DNA from: an archaeon
GTDB taxonomy: Archaea; Nanobdellota; Nanobdellia; Woesearchaeales; GW2011-AR9
Length of the DNA: 64,000 nt
Assembly: GCA_030704845.1 (NCBI GenBank)
Contig: JAUYKZ010000002.1
Location: 15,385 to 79,384, forward strand
Reading direction: 5' to 3'
The notes beneath the pieces are model-generated. The model had not been told where the DNA came from and did no database searches. It saw nothing but the letters and a program-made list of their open reading frames with translations. A program made the position numbers and the translations under genes. Shown here piece by piece: positions 63,884 to 64,000 of this stretch. How positions within the stretch are numbered: the first letter of the stretch is position 1; the number at the start of each line of letters is the position of its first letter.

Positions 63884-64000
63884 ATGACTGAATTCACATT
63901 AACAAAACAAATCAGCAAACAAGGTACACAAAATATAATTATAATACCTGCATTCCTTAGAGAAAAGCTAAAACCAAAAATGTTAGTCGAGATAAAAATC
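63884..64000 (+). CDS. AbrB-like small protein, partial (runs off the window)
   Basis: MTEFTLTKQISKQGTQNIIIIPAFLREKLKPKMLVEIKI is open to the window end. A CGAAACATTTAAATA BRE/TATA-like box lies about 85 nt upstream. Confidence 0.35.
   Translation, partial: MTEFTLTKQISKQGTQNIIIIPAFLREKLKPKMLVEIKI

Noticed and set aside
53040-63884. Search by eye for a second TR/VR pair serving the full-length RT
   Set aside because: No AAY-rich non-coding segment was found repeated at the 3' end of any element gene. This is a negative result by inspection only and needs a computed A-tolerant self-alignment.

Overview
AT-rich archaeal chromosome fragment. Archaeal origin is inferred from RadB, ribosomal proteins uS2 and eS8, family-B DNA polymerase, membrane-bound LonB, Rad50, an archaeal-type S-layer protein, BRE/TATA-like promoters and intron-containing tRNA genes. 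The gene content looks like a small-genome, DPANN-like archaeon, but this is inference and no search was run. Positions 1 to about 50.8 kb carry housekeeping and envelope genes. These include a glycosylation cluster, the S-layer gene, replication/repair genes, and bacterial-type RelA/SpoT and type-I GAPDH genes. They are interspersed with a near-identical 93-bp MITE family, a second hairpin repeat family, two multi-intron tRNA genes and at least one unassigned structured RNA candidate. The accessory part starts at about 50.8 kb. (i) It holds a diversity-generating retroelement (DGR) cassette: a target gene with a C-terminal variable repeat (VR), and a template repeat (TR) 392 nt downstream that differs from VR only at template adenines. 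Next to the TR is a DGR-type reverse transcriptase (RT) reduced to an N-terminal stump that ends at a nested MITE-in-MITE insertion. (ii) Directly adjacent is an integrative element of about 10.8 kb. It has two paralogous tyrosine recombinases and an HK97-type head module (prohead protease, scaffold, decoration protein, two capsid paralogs). I found no portal, terminase or tail genes in it. A full-length DGR-type RT with a long C-terminal HTH-containing extension occupies the slot where portal/terminase normally sit. I could not find a second TR/VR pair for that RT. All alignments and counts below were done by eye and hand. No database search, HMM, RNA folding or GC computation was run.
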